A stretch of DNA of 64,000 nucleotides from Patescibacteria group bacterium (GCA_028707495.1 JAQWAS010000006.1:664-64663), one strand, 5' to 3'; positions 1 to 10,032 are shown, counted from the first letter of the stretch. The notes: a model not told the origin generated them from the letters alone. Made by a program: numbers and translations.

Positions 1-355
1 CAAACAAAATTGGGGAAAAAATAACCAAAACTGTCGGAATCAATGAAGCTAAACGTCCATCGGTGGCTATCTTTCTATTGAGAAGCAGGCTTGCGCCCAA
101 GATAAGGCCAAGCATAACAATTATTCCACCGAGCAAATTTCCAACCGATAAAGCCGTGGCGCGATCAATCGTTGCGTTTATACCCAAAGAAAGTTCGGGC
201 AAGCTGGTGATAAGTCCGAGCAAAATTCCAAACGCGAACAAGCGAATTTTTAAAACAGCGCCCAAATACTTGATATTTTTTACAGCAAAATTCGCCGACC
301 AGCCCAAGGCGATAAATAGTAATAAAAGTTTTAGTGAATCAAGTAAAATTGGCAT
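1..355 (-). CDS. CaCA-family (Na+/Ca2+ exchanger-like) membrane antiporter, N-terminal part; the gene runs off the left edge
   Basis: Manual minus-strand translation from ATG at 353-355 gives MPILLDSLKLLLLFIALGWSANFAVKNIKYLGAVLKIRLFAFGILLGLITSLPELSLGINATIDRATALSVGNLLGG..., which contains the alpha-repeat GxSxPE motif of CaCA exchangers. It is absent from the ORF track because it is partial; the + ORF 63..431 is its antisense shadow. Confidence 0.5.
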   Translation of the reverse strand, partial: MPILLDSLKLLLLFIALGWSANFAVKNIKYLGAVLKIRLFAFGILLGLITSLPELSLGINATIDRATALSVGNLLGGIIVMLGLILGASLLLNRKIATDGRLASLIPTVLVIFSPILF

Positions 356-392
356 AATTATAATTTTTCAATTCTTTTTTTGTAACAATCAT

Positions 393-1034
393 CTATTTAA
401 AACTATCCAATTTCAACGGTGCCCTGTCTGATTTGTCACGCATCAATGTTTTAATGATACTTCTCTTGCTTATGCCCAATACCAATAAAATTGTGGCGCT
501 GATTATGCCGAAGAAAGTTATTATTCCGAAAAGAATGTTAAAACCGAATTTATCGGCTATTATAGCGCCTATTGCGGCACTTGATGCTGTGGCTATACCT
601 ACGCCAACATCTTCCAGCGACCATTCAAACCCAACAATTTTTTTATCTATGTGATTGGTAAAAATTATACGCCAAGCCGGAACCGCCATAGAGTAGGCGA
701 GACCGTTAAAAATTTGTAATAAATATACATGCCATGGATGAGAGGATATCGTATAAAATAGCGGGATAATCGCGATTAAAAAAGTGCCGGCCACCATAAA
801 AGAATATTCGTCTCGCTCGCCTTTTATTTTGTCCATCAATCGGCTGATCGGCATTACCATAAGAACTCTTGTGATCCAGTAACAAGCCACCGCGTAGCCG
901 ATCACTTCAATCCTGTTTTCGATATTTTCTAAAATAAATACCGCGAATATGGGTGCCAGTAGGCCGACCGCAAAGAAAAGAAAAAAATCAGAGAAGATTA
1001 AAAAACGAATTGTCCTACTCACTTTATTATTCAT
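393..1034 (-). CDS. MFS-type transporter, half-size (6 TM, 213 aa)
   Basis: Hydrophobic six-helix protein with MFS motif A (RLMDKIKGERDE) between TM2 and TM3. Only half the length of a canonical 12-TM MFS. Confidence 0.55.
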   Translation of the reverse strand: MNNKVSRTIRFLIFSDFFLFFAVGLLAPIFAVFILENIENRIEVIGYAVACYWITRVLMVMPISRLMDKIKGERDEYSFMVAGTFLIAIIPLFYTISSHPWHVYLLQIFNGLAYSMAVPAWRIIFTNHIDKKIVGFEWSLEDVGVGIATASSAAIGAIIADKFGFNILFGIITFFGIISATILLVLGISKRSIIKTLMRDKSDRAPLKLDSFK

Positions 1035-1302
1035 AGTTTATATTAATTGTTTATTTTATAAAATCGTTTTCTGAGCGACGAGAGGAGCGAGAAAAACACC
1101 ATATACCCCCCTCTTAAAAAAATAAAAATAAAATTTGTTCATTATAGAAAAGTGTTAGGCGTTAGCCGTAAAAAGAAAAGCATATTTCATATAACAGGGT
1201 TTATACAAACTCATTAAATTGAGCCTTTATTTAAGCCAAAAATGAGCTTAAAATTTGTAATCATAAATGGTTATGATTACACAGAAATAGGCTATTTATT
1301 AT

Positions 1303-2826
1303 TTACCTTGCATACTCAGTAATGCGTTTTTCACGAATAACGCTGACCTTGATCTCGCCAGGATATTTGAGTTCTTCTTCAATGCGATTAGCTATTTCAC
1401 GAGCGAGCTTTTGAGCTTGAAGATCATCAATTTCTTCGGGCATAACAAAAACGCGAATTTCGCGACCAGCTTGAATAGCATAAGTTTTATCAACTCCATC
1501 AAAGTCACGAGCTAGATTTTCAAGTTCCTCTAGACGTTTGATGTATTCTTCATAAGTATCTTTACGCGCACCAACTCGAGCGCCAGAAATGGCATCAGCT
1601 ACTTTAACAATGACCGATTCGAGTGTAGGTGGGTGATCTTCGTGGTGATAGGCAATACCATTGATAATTTCTTCTGACAGACCGAATTTTTTACCCAAGT
1701 CACGGCCAATATCAGGATGAGTACCAATTACTTCATGGTCAACAGCCTTACCAATGTCATGGAGTAAACCCGATTTTTTAGCAATGGTGACGTCTGCTCC
1801 TAGTTCAGCTGCCAAGAGGGCAGAGAGGTTAGCAACTTCAATTGAGTGTTGTAGAACATTCTGACCATAGGATGAGCGGAATTTTAAACGACCTAAAAGT
1901 TGAATCAGTTTAGGATCTAAACCAGTTACACCCATTTCATAAACTGCATCTTCACCAGCTTTGCGAATCTCACGAGCCATTTCTTCTTTAGTTTTTTTAA
2001 CAATTTCTTCAATGCGACCCGGATGAATACGACCATCCAAAATTAATTTTTCTAAAACTCTTTTAGCTAAATGACGACGAATCGGTGAAAAACCAGAGAT
2101 AACCACGGTTTCTGGAGTGTCATCAACTATAATTTCTGTGCCAGTTAATTGTTCTAAAGTTTTAATATTACGACCTTCACGACCAATAATACGACCCTTT
2201 AATTCGTCCGATGGTAAGCTGACGGTCGTGGTGGTTAGTTCGGGAGTAACTGACGAAGCGCAACGTTCAACGGTTTGAGTTAAAATTTGTCGTGCTTTGT
2301 TGTCCCATTCTTCTTGAGAAATATTTTCTAATTTACGAACACGCTGAACCAAATCGTCTTTAATTTGACGTTCGGTATTTTTTAATAAAACATCTTTAGC
2401 TTCATCTTGGGTTAAACCGGCAATTTTTTGGAGTTTTTCCATTTGTTGCCCTTTAATTTCCTTGATGCTTTCTTCTTCTTTGCGTAGTTGCTCAGTTTTT
2501 TTAAAGATAGTCTCTTGTTTATTTTCTAGGTCAAGAATTTTTTTATCAAAAACCTCTTCGCGCTTCTCTAGTCTTTGTTGTTGAGAGTGGAGGTCTTTTT
2601 TAGTTTCTTGTTCTTCTTGTTTAGCCTTTTCAATAATAACTAAAGCCTTATCCTTGGCTTGGATAAGTAATTCTTTGTGTTGAGTTTTAGCTTCATTAAT
2701 TAAGGCAATAGCCTTAGCTTCAGCTGATTCCGCATTGCGGGCAGCTATGAGTTTACGAACAAAGTAGCCAATCACAAAGCCGACTGGCAAGGCCAGGGCT
2801 AAAATCAAAGGTAAAATATCGTTCAT
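1303..2826 (-). CDS. rny: Ribonuclease Y
   Basis: N-terminal TM helix, long coiled-coil, KH domain (GRIIGREGRNIKTLEQLTG) and HD domain (LLHDIGK...HHE), 507 aa, which is the typical RNase Y architecture. Confidence 0.9.
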   Translation of the reverse strand: MNDILPLILALALPVGFVIGYFVRKLIAARNAESAEAKAIALINEAKTQHKELLIQAKDKALVIIEKAKQEEQETKKDLHSQQQRLEKREEVFDKKILDLENKQETIFKKTEQLRKEEESIKEIKGQQMEKLQKIAGLTQDEAKDVLLKNTERQIKDDLVQRVRKLENISQEEWDNKARQILTQTVERCASSVTPELTTTTVSLPSDELKGRIIGREGRNIKTLEQLTGTEIIVDDTPETVVISGFSPIRRHLAKRVLEKLILDGRIHPGRIEEIVKKTKEEMAREIRKAGEDAVYEMGVTGLDPKLIQLLGRLKFRSSYGQNVLQHSIEVANLSALLAAELGADVTIAKKSGLLHDIGKAVDHEVIGTHPDIGRDLGKKFGLSEEIINGIAYHHEDHPPTLESVIVKVADAISGARVGARKDTYEEYIKRLEELENLARDFDGVDKTYAIQAGREIRVFVMPEEIDDLQAQKLAREIANRIEEELKYPGEIKVSVIREKRITEYAR

Positions 2827-3004
2827 AATATTTTAATTTAAACATAATTTATTAATTTTAATTTACATTTTTTAAACTATAAATTTAAATAATAACGTAA
2901 ATTTATTTTATTGTAGCATAGATTTAATTAACAATCAAGCGGTGATGAAAATTAATTTAAAAAAAAGAAGACAATTGTAGTCTTGCCTTCAAATTTTTAG
3001 ACTC

Positions 3005-3646
3005 TTATTTTATAACCTTATCGATTAATCCATATTTTAAAGCTTCTTGAGATGTTAAAAAGAAATCGCGATCAGTATCTTGTTCGATTTGAGTTAATTT
3101 TTGGCCGGTGTGTGTGGATAAAATTTTATTAATTTTATCTTTAATTTTTAAAATATGCTCAGCTCGAATTTTAACATCAATTGCTTGACCTTCAGCGCCA
3201 CCCATGACTTGGTGAAGCATAATTTCGGCATTCGGCAAAGCAAGGCGTTTACCTTTAGCTCCGGCAGCCAGCAGAACGGCACCCATACTCGCCGCCGTGC
3301 CAATGCAAATAGTCATAATATCAGGTTTAATGTATTGCATGGTATCGTAAATAGCCATGCCAGAAGTTACCATGCCACCAGGCGTGTTGATATATAATTT
3401 AATATCTTTGTTTTTATCTTCACTTTCTAAAAATAAAAGTTGGGCGATGATAGTATTAGCTACCGCATCGTTAATCGGATTACCTAAAAAAATAATTCTT
3501 TCTTTAAGTAGGCGAGAGTAAATATCATAAGCGCGTTCACCACGAGATGATTTTTCAATTACCGTAGGAATAAGTTGAAAATTTTGAGCTTGAATTTGAG
3601 ATGTCATATTTTTTAATTTTAATTTAAACCGGGTTAGAAGTTTCAA
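3005..3646 (-). CDS. clpP: ATP-dependent Clp protease proteolytic subunit
   Basis: ClpP core motifs [18 protein letters not shown] and [14 protein letters not shown], about 200 aa. Confidence 0.9.
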   Translation of the reverse strand: MKLLTRFKLKLKNMTSQIQAQNFQLIPTVIEKSSRGERAYDIYSRLLKERIIFLGNPINDAVANTIIAQLLFLESEDKNKDIKLYINTPGGMVTSGMAIYDTMQYIKPDIMTICIGTAASMGAVLLAAGAKGKRLALPNAEIMLHQVMGGAEGQAIDVKIRAEHILKIKDKINKILSTHTGQKLTQIEQDTDRDFFLTSQEALKYGLIDKVIK

Positions 3647-3920
3647 ATTTAAAAGTAATACGTGGAATCCATTTTAATCTAATTTGACGATTAAGCTTGC
3701 GTTGAAGATGACCAATATTTTTTTCTAAAATTTTTAAAGTGGTACCAGCTTGAGTTTCTGGAAAAACACTAATATAAATATCGGCGTTTTTAAAATTATC
3801 ACTAGTATCAACTCGAGTTATAGTTAAAAAGCTTTCCAAAGGGAGTTCAATCTCACGAGCAAGAATTTGGCTTAATTGCTGTCGAATTAAAATATTAATT
3901 TTTTCTAAACGTTCCGTCAT
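3624..3920 (-). CDS. rbfA: Ribosome-binding factor A
   Basis: 98 aa protein immediately downstream of infB; the RbfA-like sequence and this gene order are conserved. Confidence 0.75.
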   Translation of the reverse strand: MTERLEKINILIRQQLSQILAREIELPLESFLTITRVDTSDNFKNADIYISVFPETQAGTTLKILEKNIGHLQRKLNRQIRLKWIPRITFKFETSNPV

Positions 3921-3922
3921 AA

Positions 3923-5917
3923 TTATTGAATTGTATTTTTTTCTTGTTCAACCTCTTTAAAGGCGCGCAGAATATCGTCGGGTTGAATTTGAGTTTTACC
4001 TTCAAATTGCAGGCCACACTCTTCACCGGCATTAGCCTGAGGAATATCTTGTTGGCTTTTTTGAATTTTACTTACCTTACCTAAACCAATTTCTTTTTGA
4101 TCGCGTAAGATTAAACAGCGATTACCCTTTTCGATTTTACCACTAACAACCTGTCCGCCCAAAATAGTTTGTTTAGCTTCTTGGCGGAAAATTTTTAAAA
4201 CTTTTAATTGACCGGTTTCGATTGTTTTAAACTCGGGTTGAATGAGTTTATTCATGCAATCCTTAATTTCATCAATCAATTCATAAATAATACCAAAATT
4301 TTTAACTGGAATATTTTTATTTTTAGCTAATAGGTCAGCAGAAGTAGAAATTTGAGTATTAAAGCCAAAAACATGACCATGCTTAACTTCAGCACGCAAA
4401 ATGTCGGTTTCATTAATTTGACCTAAACCACGTTTAATAATATTAATTTTAATTTTAGGATGTTCTAATTTATTAATAGCCTCTTCAACGGCCTCAAGCG
4501 AACCCATAACATCAGCTTTTAAAACCAAGTTTAAATTAATTCTATCAGAGGACTCTTCGGTAGTTTTGTTTTTAATTGATAAAATTTGTTCAAAAGTTTC
4601 TTGTTGTTTTATCTTTTTTCTTTTTTTAAGATCTTTTTTGTCATCAATTTTTTCTAAAATGTCGCCAGCTTGCGGAGTGTTTTTTAAACCTAAAATTTTA
4701 ACCGGTGTACCGGGAAGAGCTTGTTCAATTTCTTGGCCATTAGTTAATTTTAAAGACTTTATTTTGCCACTACCTTGATTAACCAAAACAATATCATTTT
4801 TTTTAAGAGTACCACTTTGAATTAAAACTATAGCTTGTGGACCTTCGTTTTTATCTAGATGAGCCTCGATAATTGTGCCTAAAACCGGGCCATTGGGATC
4901 AGCCATAATTTTTTCTTTTTCCATATCAACAATCAACAAAATCATATCTAATAAATCATCAATGCCTTGTCCGGTTTTGGCTGAAATTGGCACGCAAATT
5001 GTTTTTCCGCCCCAGTCTTCTGGAGTTAGGTTAATTTCAGATAACTGTTTTTTAACTTGATCAACGTTGGCCTCGGGTTTGTCAACTTTATTAATAGCCA
5101 CTAGCATCATCAGATTTTCTTCTTGAATAATTTTAATCGATTCCATGGTTTGGGGCTTTAAACCTTCCTCGGCCGCCACGATTAAAATAGCGATATCGGC
5201 AATAGTGCCACCGCGGGAACGCATTTTTTTAAAAGCCGCATGTCCAGGTGTATCAATAAAAGTAATAAGTTTATTTTTCTTTTCAACCTGATAAGCTGAA
5301 ATGTGTTGGGTAATACCTCCTTGTTCTGATTGAGTAACGTGAGTTTTACGAATAGCATCTAATAAAGTTGTTTTACCATGATCGATGTGGCCCATAATTG
5401 TTACCACTGGCGTTTTAGAGCTTAAATTTTGATCAAGGTGTTGAGCAATAAGATCCTTAGCATTAATTTTTCTAATCTTTTTTTCTTCTAGAGACTGTTC
5501 CGTCACTCTAAATCCTAAATCCTCAACAATAATAGCTGCAGTTTCAAAATCAATATTGTCATTAATTGTTGCCATAATACCGTTGCGCATTAGTTCACTG
5601 ATAACTTTTACAACCGATAAATTAAGTCTATCGGCTAAATCATTAACAGTGATGACCTTAGGTAGACTGACTGGTGGTTGGTCAGCTTTAGCTTCAGCTT
5701 TTTTTTCTTTAAGTTGATCTTGTATTTCAATTTTTTGACTAATACTTTTAAGCTTCTCCTGCTCTTGATAATCTTTCCAGACTTGAATGATTTTTTCAGC
5801 AATTTTATCATCGACCTGAATGGCTTTTTCCCCCACATCAAAACCAAGCTGAGGAATTTTTTCGCGCAACTCTTGGGTTGAGGTTTTTAGTTTTCTAGCT
5901 AATTCAGTGATATTCAT
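3923..5917 (-). CDS. infB: Translation initiation factor IF-2
   Basis: G-domain motifs GHIDHGKTTLLD, DTPGH and NKVD, C-terminal beta-barrel domains, 664 aa. Confidence 0.9.
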   Translation of the reverse strand: MNITELARKLKTSTQELREKIPQLGFDVGEKAIQVDDKIAEKIIQVWKDYQEQEKLKSISQKIEIQDQLKEKKAEAKADQPPVSLPKVITVNDLADRLNLSVVKVISELMRNGIMATINDNIDFETAAIIVEDLGFRVTEQSLEEKKIRKINAKDLIAQHLDQNLSSKTPVVTIMGHIDHGKTTLLDAIRKTHVTQSEQGGITQHISAYQVEKKNKLITFIDTPGHAAFKKMRSRGGTIADIAILIVAAEEGLKPQTMESIKIIQEENLMMLVAINKVDKPEANVDQVKKQLSEINLTPEDWGGKTICVPISAKTGQGIDDLLDMILLIVDMEKEKIMADPNGPVLGTIIEAHLDKNEGPQAIVLIQSGTLKKNDIVLVNQGSGKIKSLKLTNGQEIEQALPGTPVKILGLKNTPQAGDILEKIDDKKDLKKRKKIKQQETFEQILSIKNKTTEESSDRINLNLVLKADVMGSLEAVEEAINKLEHPKIKINIIKRGLGQINETDILRAEVKHGHVFGFNTQISTSADLLAKNKNIPVKNFGIIYELIDEIKDCMNKLIQPEFKTIETGQLKVLKIFRQEAKQTILGGQVVSGKIEKGNRCLILRDQKEIGLGKVSKIQKSQQDIPQANAGEECGLQFEGKTQIQPDDILRAFKEVEQEKNTIQ

Positions 5918-6025
5918 ATGTTCCTATTGTACTCTTTTAAACCAAATAAGTCAATTAATAAATTAAAAAACTTGATTTTATTATCAGAATAAGTTAAAAT
6001 AAGATTTAATATAAACAAATAAATT

Positions 6026-7192
6026 ATGGCCTCAGACTTAATTAAAAAATTGCAAGAATTGATTAAAAAATCAACCAGAATTTTAGTTATTTTTCCAGCT
6101 GATTTTGATGGTGATATGTTAGCTTCAAGTTTGGCTTGGATAAATTTTTTATCTAAATGCGATCGACAATTACATGTCGATATAGTCGCTGATGGTATAG
6201 AAATTCCTAAAAAGTATGATTTTTTAAAATGTTTAGATCAAATTCAATCGAAGTTGAATTTAATTCGGGATTTAGTTATTTCTATCCAATCTCAAGACAA
6301 TAAAATTGGCGAATTAAGCTATGAAACGATTGATAATAAATTAAACATTTATTTATCTCCACAAGATCGAACTATTCAAAAAAATGATATTGCTTTAAGT
6401 TTAGACGGTTATAACTACGACTTGATTTTTGTTTTGGGTTGTCAACATTTATCTGACTTGGACACTGTTTATACTACACATAAAGATTTTTTTGATAAGA
6501 CGGCAATAATTAATTTTGATTATCATGCCAATAATGACAATTTTGGAATTTTAAATATTATTGATGTTAACTCAGCTTCGTTGGGAGAAGTGATTTATAA
6601 AATTATGCGTGGCTATAACCAAGAGCTAATTGATAAAGACATGGCCACGAGTTTATTGGCAGCGATGATTGCAGCAACTAACGCTTTTCGTTCGGCTAGC
6701 ACGAGCCAACACACTTTATTGGCAGCCAGCCAACTAATTTCTTTTGGAGCTGACAAAAGGAAAATTATGGAGAAATTATTTGAAAGTCGTTCCGTCGCCG
6801 TTTTAAAATTATGGGGTAGAGTTTTAGCGAGATTAAAAAATTCTCGCGATGGAAAGATTGCTTGGTCATTAATTTCAGATGAAGATATTTTGAAAAGTGG
6901 CTTAGATGGTTTAAATTCAACGGAGCAGGAAGAAGTAGTTTTTTGGGACATTATTAAAGAGCTTTATGCTAGTTTGTCACAAGCTCAAGTTGTTGCTATT
7001 TTTAGGCAAAAAAACAATCAAGTTAATGTTTATTTAAAATCACGAGACAGTAAAATTGATTTATTGAAAATCACTGAAGATTTCTCACCTCAAGGCGACA
7101 GTCAAAAAGTTAAATTAACATTTGAAAACGGCAGTATTTTAGAAATTGAAGATATTTTAACTAAACTGATAGAAACTAAAATGAGATCATAA
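6026..7192 (+). CDS. DHH-family phosphoesterase (NrnA-like, motifs partly degenerate)
   Basis: N-terminal DxD motif (FPADFDGD) and a DHH-like motif (FDYHANND). Transcribed divergently from rbfA/infB, a neighbourhood where nrnA is often found. Confidence 0.5.
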   Translation: MASDLIKKLQELIKKSTRILVIFPADFDGDMLASSLAWINFLSKCDRQLHVDIVADGIEIPKKYDFLKCLDQIQSKLNLIRDLVISIQSQDNKIGELSYETIDNKLNIYLSPQDRTIQKNDIALSLDGYNYDLIFVLGCQHLSDLDTVYTTHKDFFDKTAIINFDYHANNDNFGILNIIDVNSASLGEVIYKIMRGYNQELIDKDMATSLLAAMIAATNAFRSASTSQHTLLAASQLISFGADKRKIMEKLFESRSVAVLKLWGRVLARLKNSRDGKIAWSLISDEDILKSGLDGLNSTEQEEVVFWDIIKELYASLSQAQVVAIFRQKNNQVNVYLKSRDSKIDLLKITEDFSPQGDSQKVKLTFENGSILEIEDILTKLIETKMRS

Positions 7193-7211
7193 ATAATAAA
7201 ATGTTTTTTGA

Positions 7212-7288
7212 GGGCGCATAGCTCAGTTGGTTAGAGCACCACGCTTATAACGTGGGGGTCGATGGTTCGAGTCCATCTGCGCCCACCA
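7212..7288 (+). tRNA. tRNA-Ile with anticodon UAU, CCA encoded
   Basis: Manual cloverleaf: acceptor GGGCGCA/TGCGCCC, anticodon stem CCACG/CGTGG, loop CTTATAA giving anticodon TAT, T-loop TTCGAGT, 3' CCA. Confidence 0.8.
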
Positions 7289-7390
7289 GAATAACTGATA
7301 ACTCATAATCGCAAGATTGTTTTTAATATGAAGTTGTGATAAAGTTAAATGTTGTTATCGGTTACGAGTTGTAAGTTATAAGTTTTTTCC

Positions 7391-7465
7391 GCCGGGGTAG
7401 CTCAGTGGTAGAGCAGATGACTGAAAATCATCGTGTCGGCAGTCCGATTCTGCCCCCCGGCACCA
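7391..7465 (+). tRNA. tRNA-Phe (GAA), CCA encoded
   Basis: Acceptor GCCGGGG/CCCCGGC, anticodon loop CTGAAAA (GAA), T-loop TCCGATT; close to canonical bacterial tRNA-Phe. Confidence 0.85.
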
Positions 7466-7765
7466 CTACCAACTTTGGAAAAGTTGGTGTGGTGCCCCGG
7501 CACCACTATACATTTTTTTAAAAAGTTGACGTGGATGTCCTTGACACCACTATACATTTTTTTAAAAAGTTGACGTGGATGTCCTTGACACCACTATACA
7601 TTTTTTTAAAAAGTTGACGTGGATGTCCTTGACACCACTATACATTTTTTTAAAAAGTTGACGTGGATGTCCTTGACACCACTATACATTTTTTTAAAAA
7701 GTTGATGTGGTGTCTTCAATATCACCTATATCTTTAAAAAAGTTGATGTGATGTCTTTAGTGCCA
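7462..7765. repeat. Tandem array of a 44 bp repeat: four perfect copies at 7501-7676 flanked by about three degenerate copies, beginning inside the 3' end of tRNA-Phe
   Basis: Unit caccactatacatttttttaaaaagttgacgtggatgtccttga repeats with period 44 at 7501, 7545, 7589 and 7633. Degenerate copies lie at 7466-7500 and 7677-7765. The copy at 7494-7507 re-creates the tRNA 3' end (ccccggcaccacta). Confidence 0.85.
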
Positions 7766-7794
7766 ACTCACTAGCAATATATTACAATATAATT

Positions 7795-8046
7795 ATGTTT
7801 TATGTGTACGTAATTAAAAGCCAAAAAGACAACATGACGTATATTGGTTCAACTAATGATTTAAAAAGAAGATTTAATGAACATAATAAGGGTTTAGTTA
7901 AATCAACAAAACCAAGGATACCGTTTGAATTAATTTATTATGAAGCCTATAAATCAGAAGCAGATGCCAGAAGGAGAGAGCATAATTTAAAATTAAAAAG
8001 CCGTGCTTACGCGCAACTTAGAAAAAGAATTGAAAATAGTTTATAA
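7795..8046 (+). CDS. GIY-YIG nuclease family protein (UPF0213/YhbQ-like, 83 aa)
   Basis: N-terminal YVYVIKS...YIGST and the conserved R...E..H.N motifs of the GIY-YIG fold. Confidence 0.8.
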   Translation: MFYVYVIKSQKDNMTYIGSTNDLKRRFNEHNKGLVKSTKPRIPFELIYYEAYKSEADARRREHNLKLKSRAYAQLRKRIENSL

Positions 8047-8056
8047 TTGGTTATTT

Positions 8057-8133
8057 CGGAGTGTGGCCTAGTGGCTTAAGGCGCTTGCTTTGGGAGCAAG
8101 AGATCGCGGGTTCGAGTCCCGCCACTCCGACCA
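8057..8133 (+). tRNA. tRNA-Pro (UGG), CCA encoded
   Basis: Acceptor CGGAGTG/CACTCCG, anticodon stem CTTGC/GCAAG with loop TTTGGGA (TGG), T-loop TTCGAGT. Confidence 0.85.
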
Positions 8134-8157
8134 AATTAATGATAAAATAATAAATAT

Positions 8158-10032
8158 ATGAATCCAGAGAAAATAACTCAGGAATTTTTACCAGATGAAA
8201 CAAATAGACTTGACGTTTTAAATCAAGAAAATTTTAATGATTTACCAGAATATATTCAAGTAAGTCGAGAATTTAGAGATAAATTATGCGAATCGATTGA
8301 AACAGAAGGCTGGCCAGAATATCCCAATGAAAACGTAAAAGGTATTGAAGATTTTTTTAACCAAGCTAAAGATCAAGTAGATCAAAGATGGGAAAAATAT
8401 GCGACAGGGGTTTTAAGCGAAGATTTAAAAAAATGGGCTGATGAAATTCCTAATCATAAAAGCAATAAGGAAATTAAATTTTTATTATCCAATCCTGAAG
8501 AATTAGAAGAAAAATTAAAAATTAATCAATTTGGCGTTTTAGAATCTTTGAGAAATATAAAGCCAGAGGCTTGGCGAGAGTTGGTTCTTTCGGCATCAGA
8601 AAGACAATTGGCTCGTGTAGTTTTAACTCGTCATTGGATGAAAGAAATGTCTGACGAGCAATTTGAAATACTTGGTATTAATAAATCAGAAATGGAAATT
8701 TTACTTGATGCGGCTGGGATTTTTGGAAAATATATTGATCATGCTTATGTTAAACAAATTGAAATGGCTGATCGACCTGGCGGTCAAGAAAAAACACAAT
8801 TTGAAGATGATCCAGGCTCAGAATGTGTTTATGAATTTAAATCAGATCAACCAGACAAAATTGATTTAAAACCATATATTGATGTTTTTCCTTTTGAGTT
8901 CAAAAGAATAGATGTGGGTTTTAATTTTTTGTCACAAAAAGTTAGAAAATTTTTAGATCAAGGTAAATTACCAGAAGCTTATAATAATTTGCCAGATTAT
9001 TTAGAAAATATTTCTCGAAACTATATATCAGAAGAAGTTACTTTTGAAACTTTGGATAAAAATTGGAAGGAATTATATGCACAATTTGGGAAAATAAGTC
9101 AAAGCGAATGTCCACTTATGGTTATTCCTCAAGGAAATGCTTCAGTGGCAGGCGATGCTTCAAAAGTTGATATAGAATTAAGGTTAGGCGTAAAAACTTT
9201 AGAAACACGAGAGATGGAAAATGAGTTTCAAAGTTATCGACAAACAGCACAGTTCATGCTAGATAAAGTTGATACAGGACTAGATGAAAAGTATAAAATT
9301 CCTGAGGTAAATTTAAATTATCAACCTTTTGCTTTTGGGTCAGATCTTTTTTGGATGACAAGAGGCGAATCAGACGAAAAAACAATATCTTCTCATGTTA
9401 ATTCCGTAGCTGATGTGGCGATAGTTAGAGAGTTGCCACTTTTACAAAAAACATTCTTAGAAATGAAAACCGATCAAGCTGATTATACAAAATTGGCAGT
9501 TGATGAAACTGTTCGTCATGAAATTGGTCACAGTGTTGCGAGTTGGGAAGATAAAAAAGTTCTTAAAAGAATTGGCACTGGTTTTAATGCAGATGTTTTA
9601 GAAGAATTAAAAGCTGAAACACTTGGGGCTGAATTTTTTTATCAAAAAGCCATTGAAGCTAATTTAGATTCAACGGAAATTAAAAAGCATTTTTCAGCCA
9701 AGATGGGTGCGATGTGCGATTATTTAGCTAATAAAGATAAAAAAAGTGAAGCAGATAGGATATATTATTATTCAGGAGTAGCTATGTTTGATAAGCTTTT
9801 AGAACAAGGAGTTATTGTTATGTCAGAGTCGGGTCAGTATGAAATTACCGATGCTAAAAAAGGATTTGAAGTTTTAGGTGAAATAGGCAAAGACATTTTA
9901 AATAATTTTCATACTAATTCAAAGATTAAACCAAAAGAAGTTAAACAAAATTTAAAAGGATTTATTCAAGGATTAAAAGAGAAAGATAAAAAAGATCAGG
10001 TACAATCTTTTATAGAATTTTTAAAAAAATAA
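8158..10032 (+). CDS. Hypothetical soluble 624 aa protein with a zincin-like HExxH motif (HEIGH, with a downstream Glu)
   Basis: No TM segments, acidic; VRHEIGHSVASWED...EELKAE suggests a gluzincin-type metallopeptidase core. Otherwise unrecognisable. Confidence 0.5.
   Translation: MNPEKITQEFLPDETNRLDVLNQENFNDLPEYIQVSREFRDKLCESIETEGWPEYPNENVKGIEDFFNQAKDQVDQRWEKYATGVLSEDLKKWADEIPNHKSNKEIKFLLSNPEELEEKLKINQFGVLESLRNIKPEAWRELVLSASERQLARVVLTRHWMKEMSDEQFEILGINKSEMEILLDAAGIFGKYIDHAYVKQIEMADRPGGQEKTQFEDDPGSECVYEFKSDQPDKIDLKPYIDVFPFEFKRIDVGFNFLSQKVRKFLDQGKLPEAYNNLPDYLENISRNYISEEVTFETLDKNWKELYAQFGKISQSECPLMVIPQGNASVAGDASKVDIELRLGVKTLETREMENEFQSYRQTAQFMLDKVDTGLDEKYKIPEVNLNYQPFAFGSDLFWMTRGESDEKTISSHVNSVADVAIVRELPLLQKTFLEMKTDQADYTKLAVDETVRHEIGHSVASWEDKKVLKRIGTGFNADVLEELKAETLGAEFFYQKAIEANLDSTEIKKHFSAKMGAMCDYLANKDKKSEADRIYYYSGVAMFDKLLEQGVIVMSESGQYEITDAKKGFEVLGEIGKDILNNFHTNSKIKPKEVKQNLKGFIQGLKEKDKKDQVQSFIEFLKK

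Noticed and set aside
63-431. Plus-strand 122 aa ORF
   Set aside because: It is antisense to a much more convincing CaCA-family membrane-protein reading frame on the minus strand.
1221-1245. Shared 19-mer ttatttaagccaaaaatga at 1227-1245 and 11024-11042, upstream of two minus-strand genes
   Set aside because: There are only two copies, the sequence is AT-rich and there is no obvious structure. It may be a promoter remnant, but that is too weak to call a feature.
3155-3397. Plus-strand ORF inside clpP
   Set aside because: It is antisense to the well-supported clpP gene.
7462-7765. Possible CRISPR array (regular 44-bp repeats)
   Set aside because: The repeats are directly contiguous with no spacers, there are no cas genes nearby, and the repeat is AT-rich with promoter-like content. 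It is a simple tandem repeat.
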